Assembly: GCA_040384485.1 (NCBI GenBank)
Contig: JAZKJH010000002.1
Location: 231,951-295,950 of the forward strand
DNA from: Patescibacteria group bacterium
GTDB taxonomy: Bacteria; Patescibacteriota; Minisyncoccia; Phycocordibacterales; DATDWN01
Length of the DNA stretch: 64,000 nt
Direction: 5' to 3'
In this document: in pieces, positions 16,159 to 26,200 of the stretch
Numbering within the stretch: position 1 is the first letter of the stretch
Layout of the letters: each line of letters begins with the position of its first letter
Program-made: the position numbers and the translations under genes
Notes under the pieces: model-generated
Database searches by the model: none
Told to the model about the DNA's origin: nothing
The model's input: only the letters and a program-made list of their open reading frames with translations

Positions 16159-17421
16159 ATGAAAGAAACAGACCAAATATGGGATGTAATAGTAATAGGA
16201 GGAGGACCTGCCGGGATGATGTCCGCTGGTAGAGCAGCTTCTTTAGGAGTAAAGGTTTTGCTGCTGGAAAAAAACGCATCCCTTGGTAAAAAACTTTTAA
16301 TAACAGGGGGTGGACGATGCAATCTAACAAACAACGAACCGGATGTTCGAAAGTTTTTGTCAAAGTTTAAAGATGCTGACAAATTTTTATTTTCTACTTT
16401 TTCCCAGTTTGCAGTCCCTGATACCTTGGATTTTTTCCATTCACATGACATGGAAACAAAAGAGGAGGTATTGGGTAGAGTGTTCCCTGTCTCCAACTCT
16501 GCTAGGTCTGTTTGGGATGTAATGCTGTCATACTTGAAACAAAATAATGTAACAGTTGCCTCAAACCTAGCTGTGGAAAGTATTGAAACTGAAAACGGTC
16601 TAGTAACTGGAGTAAAAACAAAAGACGGAAAGGTAATAAATGCAAAATCTGTCATCTTGGCGACTGGTGGAAAGTCTCGCCCAGAAACAGGTTCGACTGG
16701 TGATGGATTTAAGTGGCTAAAAAGCCTGGGCCACACTGTCACTGAACCATCGGCTAGCTTGGTGCCGATCAAAATAAAAAATGAATGGGTGAAAAAGCTT
16801 CAAGGAGTGAGCGTCTTGGATGTAAAAGTTACTGTTATTCAACAGGATGAGAAACAAGCAGTTAAAAAAGGCAAAATTCTTTTTACTCATTTTGGACTTA
16901 CTGGACCAACCATATTGAACCTAAGTAGTGAAGTTGGAGAACTCTTGCGATACGGAGAGGTGTTTCTGTCTTTGGATTTACTCTCAACTTTGGACCATGG
17001 ACAACTCAACCAAAAACTTCAAGATATTTTAAAAGAGGAAAGTAATAAAAAAATTAAAAACTCTTTGGACACTCTAGTACCGAGTTCTTTTGTACCTATT
17101 TTACTTGAGCTATCAAAAATCGATGGAGAAAAGCAGAGTAACAGTATTACGCGCGCAGAAAGACTTGCTCTTATCGAAACTTTAAAAAACCTTATGTTAG
17201 AGGTGGAGGATTTACTGGGAGTGGACAAAGCCATCATAACCGCTGGTGGAGTTTCTTTGGACGAAGTTGATTTCAAAACTATGTCCTCTCGCCTATTCCC
17301 AAACCTATATATAGTAGGAGACGTTTTAAATATAAATAGACCTAGTGGAGGCTATAGCCTACAACTATGTTGGACTACAGGCTTCGTCGCTGGTAGTAAC
17401 TCAGCCAAATTAAATTCCTAA
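16159..17421 (+). CDS. FAD-dependent oxidoreductase of the HI0933/YhiN family
   Basis: N-terminal VIVIGGGPAGMMSA (GxGxxG) and family-typical length. Confidence 0.8.
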   Translation: MKETDQIWDVIVIGGGPAGMMSAGRAASLGVKVLLLEKNASLGKKLLITGGGRCNLTNNEPDVRKFLSKFKDADKFLFSTFSQFAVPDTLDFFHSHDMETKEEVLGRVFPVSNSARSVWDVMLSYLKQNNVTVASNLAVESIETENGLVTGVKTKDGKVINAKSVILATGGKSRPETGSTGDGFKWLKSLGHTVTEPSASLVPIKIKNEWVKKLQGVSVLDVKVTVIQQDEKQAVKKGKILFTHFGLTGPTILNLSSEVGELLRYGEVFLSLDLLSTLDHGQLNQKLQDILKEESNKKIKNSLDTLVPSSFVPILLELSKIDGEKQSNSITRAERLALIETLKNLMLEVEDLLGVDKAIITAGGVSLDEVDFKTMSSRLFPNLYIVGDVLNINRPSGGYSLQLCWTTGFVAGSNSAKLNS

Positions 17422-17428
17422 CTCGGGG

Positions 17429-17782
17429 CTAAAAAGATCCTATACTCATATTACGTGGAATTATCATAAGAAGTACTATAAAAATAAGTACGATGACAAC
17501 ACCAAGTCCAAATACTATTTTATTAGCATAAACTAGCCAATGCTTCAGGCTCTTGTTCCTTCGAAAAAAAATAAATGATAAAACCATTCCTAAAACAAGC
17601 ATTATGCACCAGAGCCACCAAAAATCTTCAAAGGTAAAATAACAGTAGTCCTCTACTGAGGTACCCTCGCATAACCACCTCCAGTCAGGCAAAAGGTACG
17701 GAGATAAAAATGAAGCAAGTAGCACAGAAACATATAGAGTGACCGATATATACCCGGCCCAAACATTTCTTAAAATATTCAT
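17429..17782 (-). CDS. hypothetical membrane protein
   Basis: Three hydrophobic helices. Confidence 0.5.
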   Translation of the reverse strand: MNILRNVWAGYISVTLYVSVLLASFLSPYLLPDWRWLCEGTSVEDYCYFTFEDFWWLWCIMLVLGMVLSFIFFRRNKSLKHWLVYANKIVFGLGVVIVLIFIVLLMIIPRNMSIGSF

Positions 17783-17816
17783 TAGTTACTATTTTACAAC
17801 AACTAAATTTACTTGG

Positions 17817-19283
17817 CTATTTCTCTAGATTCAAAACTTGATCAATTCTAATTTGCTTTACAAACTCTGGTACGTGAGAAACTAGAATCATTGCTCCCTC
17901 GTATTTGTTTAATGCTTCGGCAATAACTGGAATGTGACGGAAGTTTATGTGGTTGGTTGGCTCGTCGAGAATAAGTAGTCCTGGTTTTTGTAGAACAAGT
18001 CGTGCAAAAGCCACCAAACCTTTTTGACCTTCTGAAAGACTGCCGACTTTGTTATACATAACCTCTCCTGAAATAAGAAAACCTGCAGCGACACTTCGCA
18101 TATGTTCTTCTGACTGGTCTCTATTACATACTGACATTAGTGAGTCGAAAACGCTGTCTTCAAAGTTAAGTGTTGAAAAGTCTTGTCTGTAGTATCCTAT
18201 TTCAACTCCAGGTGCGATCACAGTTCCCTCTGCTTCGTTTTTTGCCATAGCTTCAAGCAATGTACTTTTACCTATTCCGTTTGGGCCTTCGAGTAGCAAG
18301 TGTTGGTTTTTTCGAAGTTTGATATCAGTTTTTCGTGCAACAGCCTTGTGGTTTTTTATTGTTTTAAATTTTGTAATATGAACTATGTCTCCTGCAACAG
18401 AAATGTTGGCTGGAATAGTGAAAGCACGGATAGTTTTGTCCTCTTTTCTGGTATCTACTATTTCTTCTTCTAGCTCTTCTGCTTTATCTCGCATTCTTCG
18501 AGCAACAAGTCTCATCTGACCTCCCTTGTTGGCGAAAAAGTTGGCTTTGTCTTTGTTAGCTTGAATTTCTTTTTCTAACTGAGCATTCTTTCTGTTTTCT
18601 TTTTCCTGTCTCAATGTTATTTGTTCTCGCACATCAAAATAGTTTCCGACATACTGCTCTATTTTTCTTGTATACAAATCCAAATACAAAACTCCGTCAG
18701 TAAAACTGTTTAAAAACTCAGCATCGTGAGAGATAACGATAACTGTCTTTTTGTATTCTTTTAAGAAATTTGTCAGGTGTTCTATACCTGCTTTGTCCAA
18801 GTTGTTTGTTGGCTCATCCAAAAGAAGTAAATCTGGGTTCTGAATAAGTGCTGATGCCAATAGTATTCGAGCCTGCTGTCCTCCTGAAAATGATTTCACT
18901 ATTCTGTCGTGAGGGGCTTTCAAATGTACTACATCCAAAATTTCATTTATTCTCGGTTCAATATCATAGATTTTTTTGCCACTGCCTTGAGTGATAGCTT
19001 TTTCAAAAAACTCAGTCAGAGTCATTTCTAGTTCATCTCGAGGAATAACTTGTCTAGATATAGCTACAGACACTCCATTTACGATGTTTATTATTCCATC
19101 CAAAGGCTTGTTTGTGCCGGTAATGAGTCCAAACAAAGTACTTTTCCCTGCTCCGTTCTGTCCCATGATTGTAGTCTTGGTTCCACGTCGTATAGAAAAA
19201 TCCACCTCTTCCAAAAGAAGTTTTGTTTCTTTGTAACCGAAAGAAACTTTATCAAAACGTAATATAGTGTCGTTTTTCGCCAT
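17817..19283 (-). CDS. ABC-F family ATPase with two ABC domains and no TM domain
   Basis: Two Walker A motifs (GQNGAGKST, GPNGIGKST) and two signature motifs (LSGGQQ, LSEGQK). Confidence 0.85.
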   Translation of the reverse strand: MAKNDTILRFDKVSFGYKETKLLLEEVDFSIRRGTKTTIMGQNGAGKSTLFGLITGTNKPLDGIINIVNGVSVAISRQVIPRDELEMTLTEFFEKAITQGSGKKIYDIEPRINEILDVVHLKAPHDRIVKSFSGGQQARILLASALIQNPDLLLLDEPTNNLDKAGIEHLTNFLKEYKKTVIVISHDAEFLNSFTDGVLYLDLYTRKIEQYVGNYFDVREQITLRQEKENRKNAQLEKEIQANKDKANFFANKGGQMRLVARRMRDKAEELEEEIVDTRKEDKTIRAFTIPANISVAGDIVHITKFKTIKNHKAVARKTDIKLRKNQHLLLEGPNGIGKSTLLEAMAKNEAEGTVIAPGVEIGYYRQDFSTLNFEDSVFDSLMSVCNRDQSEEHMRSVAAGFLISGEVMYNKVGSLSEGQKGLVAFARLVLQKPGLLILDEPTNHINFRHIPVIAEALNKYEGAMILVSHVPEFVKQIRIDQVLNLEK

Positions 19284-19376
19284 TTTAGAACCCGATTGAA
19301 ACTGAAATATCTTTTAGATAGTCGTTTTTAAACAGGTTTATAGAGCATACTAGAAAATGACAAAAATAGAAAGAGA

Positions 19377-20198
19377 TTAATCAAATTTTCTTATTTCTTG
19401 TGAGTAGTTCGGAACGTCTCCAATTTCCTGAGATTTCGGCGTTATCAAATATTTCTCTCTTGCTTGCTCTATAGTTAGTTCTGTATCCAAAAGCCCGTGC
19501 TCAAGAGCTAATTCATCAGCAGAGGCAGTTAACCATAATTCCCACGACAACAGTGATATTCTACCAGGACTTATTTTATTTACATGTTTTGCGATGCTAG
19601 AAGTACAATTTGAAAATAAAGTGTTATACCAAGTTGGTTCAACTAATAGTTTGTTCATGGTCTCGAGCATATCAACTAAAAATAGTCTCTTGTTTTCTTC
19701 ATTTTCAAACTTTACTGGATAAGTATAAACATTATCTTTACGTAGATTTGCTCGAAGCATAACCACATCTCTCTCATCTGCTGCTACATATATAAGTGGG
19801 TATGTTTTTATAAGTCCCTTCCATACACTATAGTCTTGACCTTTTAGTTTTCTAGCTTCAATAGTGATAGCCAAGAAGTCTCCGTTACTAAATTCAAAAG
19901 AAACAAATGTGTGTGCAACCTCCTGCATGTCATTAAAGGGTTCAGTAATATACCAGACGTCTTTTAATTGAGTCAGATCATAAGTTCGGTCATAGTAACC
20001 AGGATGCATATCTGCCTCAGTTGGACCGTATCTGTAGTTACGAACATTTTTAATAGTAACCGAATCTCCATTAAATTCTGCTGTAGAAGGAATGGTCAGA
20101 TGTTCCTGCCAATCTCCCGTAGTAGCGGGTACTTTTGTAACTTGCCAGATAAAAAATATTAAACAAATTACTCCGAATATTTTAAGAAATTTTTTCAT
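19377..20198 (-). CDS. hypothetical secreted protein
   Basis: Signal peptide (MKKFLKIFGVICLIFFIWQV). Confidence 0.55.
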   Translation of the reverse strand: MKKFLKIFGVICLIFFIWQVTKVPATTGDWQEHLTIPSTAEFNGDSVTIKNVRNYRYGPTEADMHPGYYDRTYDLTQLKDVWYITEPFNDMQEVAHTFVSFEFSNGDFLAITIEARKLKGQDYSVWKGLIKTYPLIYVAADERDVVMLRANLRKDNVYTYPVKFENEENKRLFLVDMLETMNKLLVEPTWYNTLFSNCTSSIAKHVNKISPGRISLLSWELWLTASADELALEHGLLDTELTIEQAREKYLITPKSQEIGDVPNYSQEIRKFD

Positions 20199-20216
20199 TT
20201 AATAATTTTATCACGA

Positions 20217-21035
20217 CTATATTTTATATTCACCTCTTTCCCATTTTTGAATTTTTTTTGCGAGTTTATAACGAACACTCGGTAACCAGTCCTTCAGATA
20301 AAAAACTTTACTCTGTGTATTGTCTTGAGGTGTCGCGTGAATTTCCTTGCCACAATACATTTTAGTCGCGATTTCTAAAAACTGATCCATGGCTTGATCG
20401 TTCAAGTCAGCAAACAAGTACCTAGGCTTTTTACTCAGATCCGCATTTACTGTTGCCAAAACATCTCCAGTGTCCGCTGTGGCCTCTATGTGGTGAATGG
20501 TCGCACCTATTTTTGCAAAATCATTCGAAATAACCGCATGCTGGTTTGCAACCGCACCTAAATAGTAAGGACACAAACCAAAGTGAAGGTTTATAGCGTG
20601 TTTGGCTGTCTCAATAATTCTAGGCTGAATAACAGTGCCTCCCCAAACAACCAAAAGGTCAGGAGCAATTGTTTTTAGTTGATAGTAAACTTCGTTACTA
20701 TTAACAGAACTTACTTCAAGTGTTTTTTCAAAATGAATATCTTTCTGTTTGGAACTATGCTCCCTAAAATATTCTAAAGTTCTACTTAGTTCCTTATCTT
20801 TTCTCAGCAAGAATGCAAACCAGATTTCCTTAAAAATACCTAAACCTGCCTTTTTATACAAAATACTTAATCTCCTTAAAAGCGGCTTTTTCTCCTGCTT
20901 TTGGATAACCATTAATCTAAGAGAGTTATCTGTGTTTTTTGCCAAGCGTTTAGCAAAATGGTGTTTTATATCCCCTGGTACAGTCAAAAAGACTATTCCG
21001 CCGGTCTGAATGGGAGCTGTGTCTGTAGAAGTCAT
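20217..21035 (-). CDS. formyltransferase-domain (Formyl_trans_N-like) protein
   Basis: NLHFGLCPYYLG resembles the formyltransferase HxSLLPxxRG region. The start was moved to the ATG at 21035, which sits 6 nt downstream of a TGGTATAAT box. Confidence 0.5.
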   Translation of the reverse strand: MTSTDTAPIQTGGIVFLTVPGDIKHHFAKRLAKNTDNSLRLMVIQKQEKKPLLRRLSILYKKAGLGIFKEIWFAFLLRKDKELSRTLEYFREHSSKQKDIHFEKTLEVSSVNSNEVYYQLKTIAPDLLVVWGGTVIQPRIIETAKHAINLHFGLCPYYLGAVANQHAVISNDFAKIGATIHHIEATADTGDVLATVNADLSKKPRYLFADLNDQAMDQFLEIATKMYCGKEIHATPQDNTQSKVFYLKDWLPSVRYKLAKKIQKWERGEYKI

Positions 21036-21050
21036 TTGGGGATTATACCA
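21036..21050 (-). promoter_or_regulatory. extended -10 promoter TGGTATAAT, 6 nt before the ATG (leaderless-type start)
   Basis: Reverse complement of plus 21042..21050 is TGGTATAAT, followed by CCCCAA and then ATG. Confidence 0.45.
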
Positions 21051-21090
21051 CAGCCAAACCAGGTTTTTAAGCAAAAAAAACCGGTAACCC

Positions 21091-21927
21091 CTAGAAGGGA
21101 TTACCGGCGATCTGCGTGTTGTACTTTTTCATGAGCCGTTTGCTCATCTGATGAATCGACAGTACCCGAATGCTGGGACGTCCAAGCATCGGCTTGTATA
21201 AAACCTGCTTTTGAACGTGCTTGTCCTTCTCAATCTCCACCCACACCCGGATTTTGTCCTTGCGTGTGTACGGAGTGAGAGCATAGATGAACCAAAACCT
21301 CTCACGCTTCTCGAGAAGTGTGTTTGTGTTCACCAGTCGGACGTTCTCCGGGAGAAGGTGTCCGAGGTCCGCAGACTTCAAGAACTGCTTCAACTGACGC
21401 TCATGCTCAGCTCGAAGACCGAACCTGTCGCGACTGACCTCCCGACTCTTCTGCATGTAGCACAGAGTCATCGTTTCCGGATGAACATAAGGCCCCGAGA
21501 CAACTCGACTCACCGTTCCGAATTGAGAGACAGAGTAAATTTTTCCATCGTCACCGATGAAGCAATTCTTCTCGACCATCCCATCAAAATCCTTGATGAG
21601 TGTGAGGTCTGTCATCGCCCGGTGGTCAAACTGGTTTCGGAACTCCGAGTTAACCTTGTTCCAGGGCTCTCCAACTCGTGAGCGTAGAAACCGATGAAGG
21701 GGTGCGTATCGAATTCCGATACACTTTTTCCCTTCGTAGTCCGTGTCGATGCCTTTGGCAAAAATCGTCATTTTAGCCCGTGTTGGACCAAAGTCGCGAT
21801 CCTCCAAGTCTTCCAAGGTAGCGGAGGAAACTGCTCGAGTATCCAATTTCAAGGCCGTCCCACGATTCCGTCGGTGCGAACCGCCACGAGCCACATCTCT
21901 CACCACATCTCGCATGTCTGGGCGCAT
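21091..21927 (-). CDS. hypothetical protein
   Basis: 278-aa ORF. G+C-richer than the surrounding window. No recognisable domain. Confidence 0.5.
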   Translation of the reverse strand: MRPDMRDVVRDVARGGSHRRNRGTALKLDTRAVSSATLEDLEDRDFGPTRAKMTIFAKGIDTDYEGKKCIGIRYAPLHRFLRSRVGEPWNKVNSEFRNQFDHRAMTDLTLIKDFDGMVEKNCFIGDDGKIYSVSQFGTVSRVVSGPYVHPETMTLCYMQKSREVSRDRFGLRAEHERQLKQFLKSADLGHLLPENVRLVNTNTLLEKRERFWFIYALTPYTRKDKIRVWVEIEKDKHVQKQVLYKPMLGRPSIRVLSIHQMSKRLMKKYNTQIAGNPF

Positions 21928-21988
21928 TTAACCTCCAATGAACAGAAACCTGTTTAAGAGGTTACCATACTTATAGAATGTGTCAATA

Positions 21989-23281
21989 TTACACACTGAT
22001 ATGCCAATCTTCTACTTCGTTGTGCAACAATGGCAATAGATTCTCTTTTTTTACAATAACAGTATCCAATATTTTTTCCATCCATTCCTTAGCATTTGTT
22101 GCGTCTATTTTATTAGAACTAACTTTCGTTGAATCAAATAGACCATTAAAACCGTCCAGAAAAGAATCCGCCAATGCTTCCCTCTTTCCAGTATTTAGAC
22201 CTGCATCCTTTCCAGCCCTAATCAAAAGACGTAAACCGTAGCACATGTCTCTCATATCTTTTAGATAACTTCTAGGCACACCGCTATATTTTTTTGTTTT
22301 TTCTTTATCAACATCATCCTGCCATGGACCCATAGTGCCCACATCTGCTATCTCAGCTGCCAAAGTAACGTTGGCTGAATGCATGTAACCGTGGTCATAA
22401 CCTAAGTTAAAAAAGGTTGCCATGTTTTGTCCCATACGTTTAAAAAATTCCTGGAAAAATACTGGTTCCTCCTCCGGATTACCGATCGATATTTCTGGTA
22501 GGTCTAAATTCTTGTCGCGTGTTTCCTGATTAAAAACATCAAAAGCTTGTTTAAACAGTTCCTCTCTGCGTTCTCCGGACTGAGCAGCCTCAGCAATACG
22601 GTTGTTCATTTTAAACAACCTTACAACTTCGTATGGTTTATAGTCTTTTTTTGGAGAAATAACTTTTCGGTCTCTTAGCTCATCAACAGTCAACATCTGC
22701 CCTTTAAATGGAAGACGTTTTAACTCTGCCATTCCCCAATAAAGCTCAGTTCTTAATCCTGCACACATTAGATATTCTGAGTTCTCAAGCAGCGCCCCTC
22801 CTTCTGCTTCTTCTTTTGAAATTAAACCAAGGACTTTGTATCCCCGATCATTTACACCTTCTTTATCTTTGACAGCCCAGGAGTCATAATCTTCTATATT
22901 TAAATCTTTTGCAGTTGGTTTTAGATAACCAATACCTTTTGTACTAACTGCATAAAAATATTCTGTATATACTCTCCCTTGGTGGTCTTCTACCTCAATA
23001 CTACTTCTTACTCCGCTATCATTGATTGATCTCCAGTGAGGAGCCTCAACCATTTTTGTTTCTGTGCCTGTACTAGGACTAATAAACACGATAAAATCTC
23101 TAAAATCATGTGAGGATGTTATCCTGTCATTTTCTTCAACTGCCTCATAGTCTGTACCCTCCTCAAGTCGAACAAATTTCTCAGGCTTTGATTCTATCCC
23201 TTCTATTTCTCTACCAGAAAAGTTGTCTAAATCTACTAGTGTTGGTCTAACTTCTACTTCTATTTGTGGTTGTTTTTCCAT
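21989..23281 (-). CDS. hypothetical protein with a protein-kinase-like (APH/ChoK-type) catalytic-loop signature
   Basis: HGYMHSANVTL aligns with the HGDLHPGNV Brenner motif, but Tyr sits in the Asp position. A DVG (DFG-like) follows 10 residues later. The gene starts 10 bp after the stop of giant gene A. Confidence 0.55.
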   Translation of the reverse strand: MEKQPQIEVEVRPTLVDLDNFSGREIEGIESKPEKFVRLEEGTDYEAVEENDRITSSHDFRDFIVFISPSTGTETKMVEAPHWRSINDSGVRSSIEVEDHQGRVYTEYFYAVSTKGIGYLKPTAKDLNIEDYDSWAVKDKEGVNDRGYKVLGLISKEEAEGGALLENSEYLMCAGLRTELYWGMAELKRLPFKGQMLTVDELRDRKVISPKKDYKPYEVVRLFKMNNRIAEAAQSGERREELFKQAFDVFNQETRDKNLDLPEISIGNPEEEPVFFQEFFKRMGQNMATFFNLGYDHGYMHSANVTLAAEIADVGTMGPWQDDVDKEKTKKYSGVPRSYLKDMRDMCYGLRLLIRAGKDAGLNTGKREALADSFLDGFNGLFDSTKVSSNKIDATNAKEWMEKILDTVIVKKENLLPLLHNEVEDWHISV

Positions 23282-23290
23282 ATATTTTTA

Positions 23291-26200
23291 TTATTCCCAA
23301 TTACCATACCATTTTTCGTTACCGTCAGCATCGATTTCCCAGATCACAACTGGAGCGGTAGCGCTGTCGGTACTGTGTATGTTGTAATTGTTAAAATTTG
23401 TCTCACGTTTATCTTTTAAACCTATTTTTTTACATTTTAAAAACCTTTTTCTATATGAATCACTGACTGACTGCCGGTTGGTGGAAGCCATCCCGCGGGA
23501 GTCCATAGGTATTGCAACTTGTTGACACAGCATTTCCTTCGGAAGACTAGGGTCAGCTTTAATTCTTTCTTCTCTTAGTCGCTTCGCAGTCTCGATAGCC
23601 TCTTTCAGAACACCCTTCACAAAAGTATCGGCATTAACACTTTGAATAAAGTTTTCTGCTGGGTTGTTGGCACGTACAACAAGCACTGGCGTACCGGAAG
23701 ACCTGTTTGCTTGAATAGCCAACACAGAACCTCGTAGCTCTTCGTTTTGCTTACCTCTATTTGTTACATACACCCAAGTCCTAAGGCCTGGATACAGTCC
23801 TTTGGCCATGCTTTCATGTTGCGATGTATGACAAGAGTCCCCTAAATCCCCTGAGTAAATATTCAGTACCCCCGACACTGGCACCATCGATACCGCGACC
23901 TCTTTTTGAGTTTTTCCAGAGTAAACCCCCAAGATCTTGTCTAGTTTGTTTTTTAAAACTGTTATTGGCAAATGACCTGTTTGTTTATCGAGCTGTTGTT
24001 GCCAAGCGAGAGTAAGTTTTTCAAGTAACTCAGGAGAGAAACTCACATGGGATGTATGTTCTGGATCTTGTAAATGGTGAAGATAATGCTCCTCTATATA
24101 ATCTCGCGCAATCTTATGCACTCTGTAGACCATATCTGGGTTTGGAGACCGTCCTTCTTCAGAATCTACTAAACTATCGATCTCATCTCTTGAACCCTCA
24201 TCCATCACAATGCCATACATATGTAAGGCCGAAAAATCTCGTATTTCTTGTACTAAAGGAAGTTTTGCATCGAGTTTGTTCAGTTCTTCCAATACAGCAA
24301 CATAATCCTGGTCTTCCTGACTAGAATTATGAAGTTTTTTATCCAAATTTTTAATCTGCTCAGATGCATCTCTCAAGATATCTGCTTGGCGCTCGATTCC
24401 TTGTCTGCCTTTTGGGCTCTTAAGGGCTTTTAGTTTTTTAGACAGATTTTGTTTCTTTACAGAATCTTCCTCGTCCTCAATCATACTTTCTATATCTTCT
24501 AGTGAACTAGAAAGAAGCTGTCTAATACTGTTTTCCTCCGAAGCTAGCTTGCTCAATAAAGTGTTAAAGAACTGAAATGTTCCATTGCTTGAAGCAAAAT
24601 CGAGAGACTCCATAAGTGGCCCGCAAACATTTTTTAACTCTTGACTGGACATTAGCTCTTCCAAAGCTTTTTCTTGGTCAGGTGTTTTTTCTGATCCACG
24701 ACTCACAACAGAAACCTTGAAGCTTGATTCTTTAAAGCCTACAGGTAACTGAGCCACCTCTGGTTTATTTGTAATTGTTTTCTCCCATGTTGATACAATG
24801 TCTGATAATGCGTGATCTCTCTCAAATTGAGTGGAACCCTTTATCACACTAAACAACTCATCCCCTAATTCAGTTTTAAGTCCATCTGGAATAGTGTCCG
24901 CCAAAAGACTAGTTTTAATCCTTTTTAGGCCTTTGACTAATTCGTTAAACAATTCCAAAGAACTGTTGAACTTCCAAGATCCATCTTTGTTTTTTGCCTT
25001 AACTCCAAACTCTTCACATATACTTATGGTATCAGGACCGATTCTGTCCAGAGTTTTACTCCTATGACAGTCGGCATATACCTTAAACAGTCTCGGCAAG
25101 TTGCTCATTCCCATGGACTCAACAAAACTGACCACCAGCTCCGCATCCTCTGCTTTCTCTATAGAAACTATCTTATGGTCCACCAAATACTTCATTAGTG
25201 GTTTCAACTCTTGTTCCCAAGGATCGTTGGTGACATTAGCAGCGATAGCCTGGATTTTTTGCATTCTAGAAAAAGCATTGACCCACGGGTTGCGTGAAAT
25301 TATCTTGTGTAATTCATTAGCGATTTCGCTTTCTTTGGAAACTTCTTCCGTAAACTTTAGAACAGTGACCACTTTTTTGGGATCACTATACAAATGACTA
25401 TTCATCCAAGTTGAGATACTTTCAGGGTTGAATACTTTACCTGCAGCTTTCTCCCCGCCCATTTTTTCCAACACTAAATAGAAAAGAGTTTTATTTCCAT
25501 GTTTAATCGCTGTGACCAAAATATCTGTTGCGATCCCACTTATAAATTTAGGATCTGGTATTATCTCTTCAAGCTTGAATGCACCTGCTGGGTTCTGACC
25601 GGTGTCGATCAAAGATCTGACTGCATGGCTGGCTATGCGTTTTAATTCCTCTGAACTAAACTCTATTTGCTTGCCGGTTATTTTTTGAATTTTTGCTATT
25701 CGCTCTATGGTTTCGTTAAGACCATAAGCATCAAATGTTGTAAGATATCGAATAGCATAATTCCTAATCGGTATCTCATGTAATGCCCAGTCAATCTTTA
25801 CTTGAGTCAGCTCTTGTATAAGCTTGATAGAATCAGCGTTGCCTCGAAAAAGTCTCTGTACGTAAATGTCTTCAATTACTAGTCCGGTGAATTTCGGCTT
25901 AACTTTCGTTATAGTCTCCCATTCAGAAATATTAGCCTTCGCCCTCTCATATGTAGACTGATTATTAATTGTTGAAACTATAACATTGTATTGCTCCTGA
26001 ACCAGCCCTTCATTATTAGTAAAATCTGGTTCTATGCCTGTCATTTGATATCCGGCAGTGATAAGTTGCTTCATGTCTCTGTAGTTGTTTACAATCCAGG
26101 TTCTATAAGCCAATTGCATTCTTTTCGAATCAATTGTAGGTCGAATATTTGTGATTTTGTAAATTATTTCAGCTTTTTTTAAGCCTCTTGTTCCGTAGTA

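Noticed and set aside
16098-16772. 224-aa minus-strand ORF
   Set aside because: It is entirely antisense to the well-supported HI0933-family flavoprotein gene (16159..17421), which has a GxGxxG motif. No motif or ribosome-binding site supports the minus ORF.
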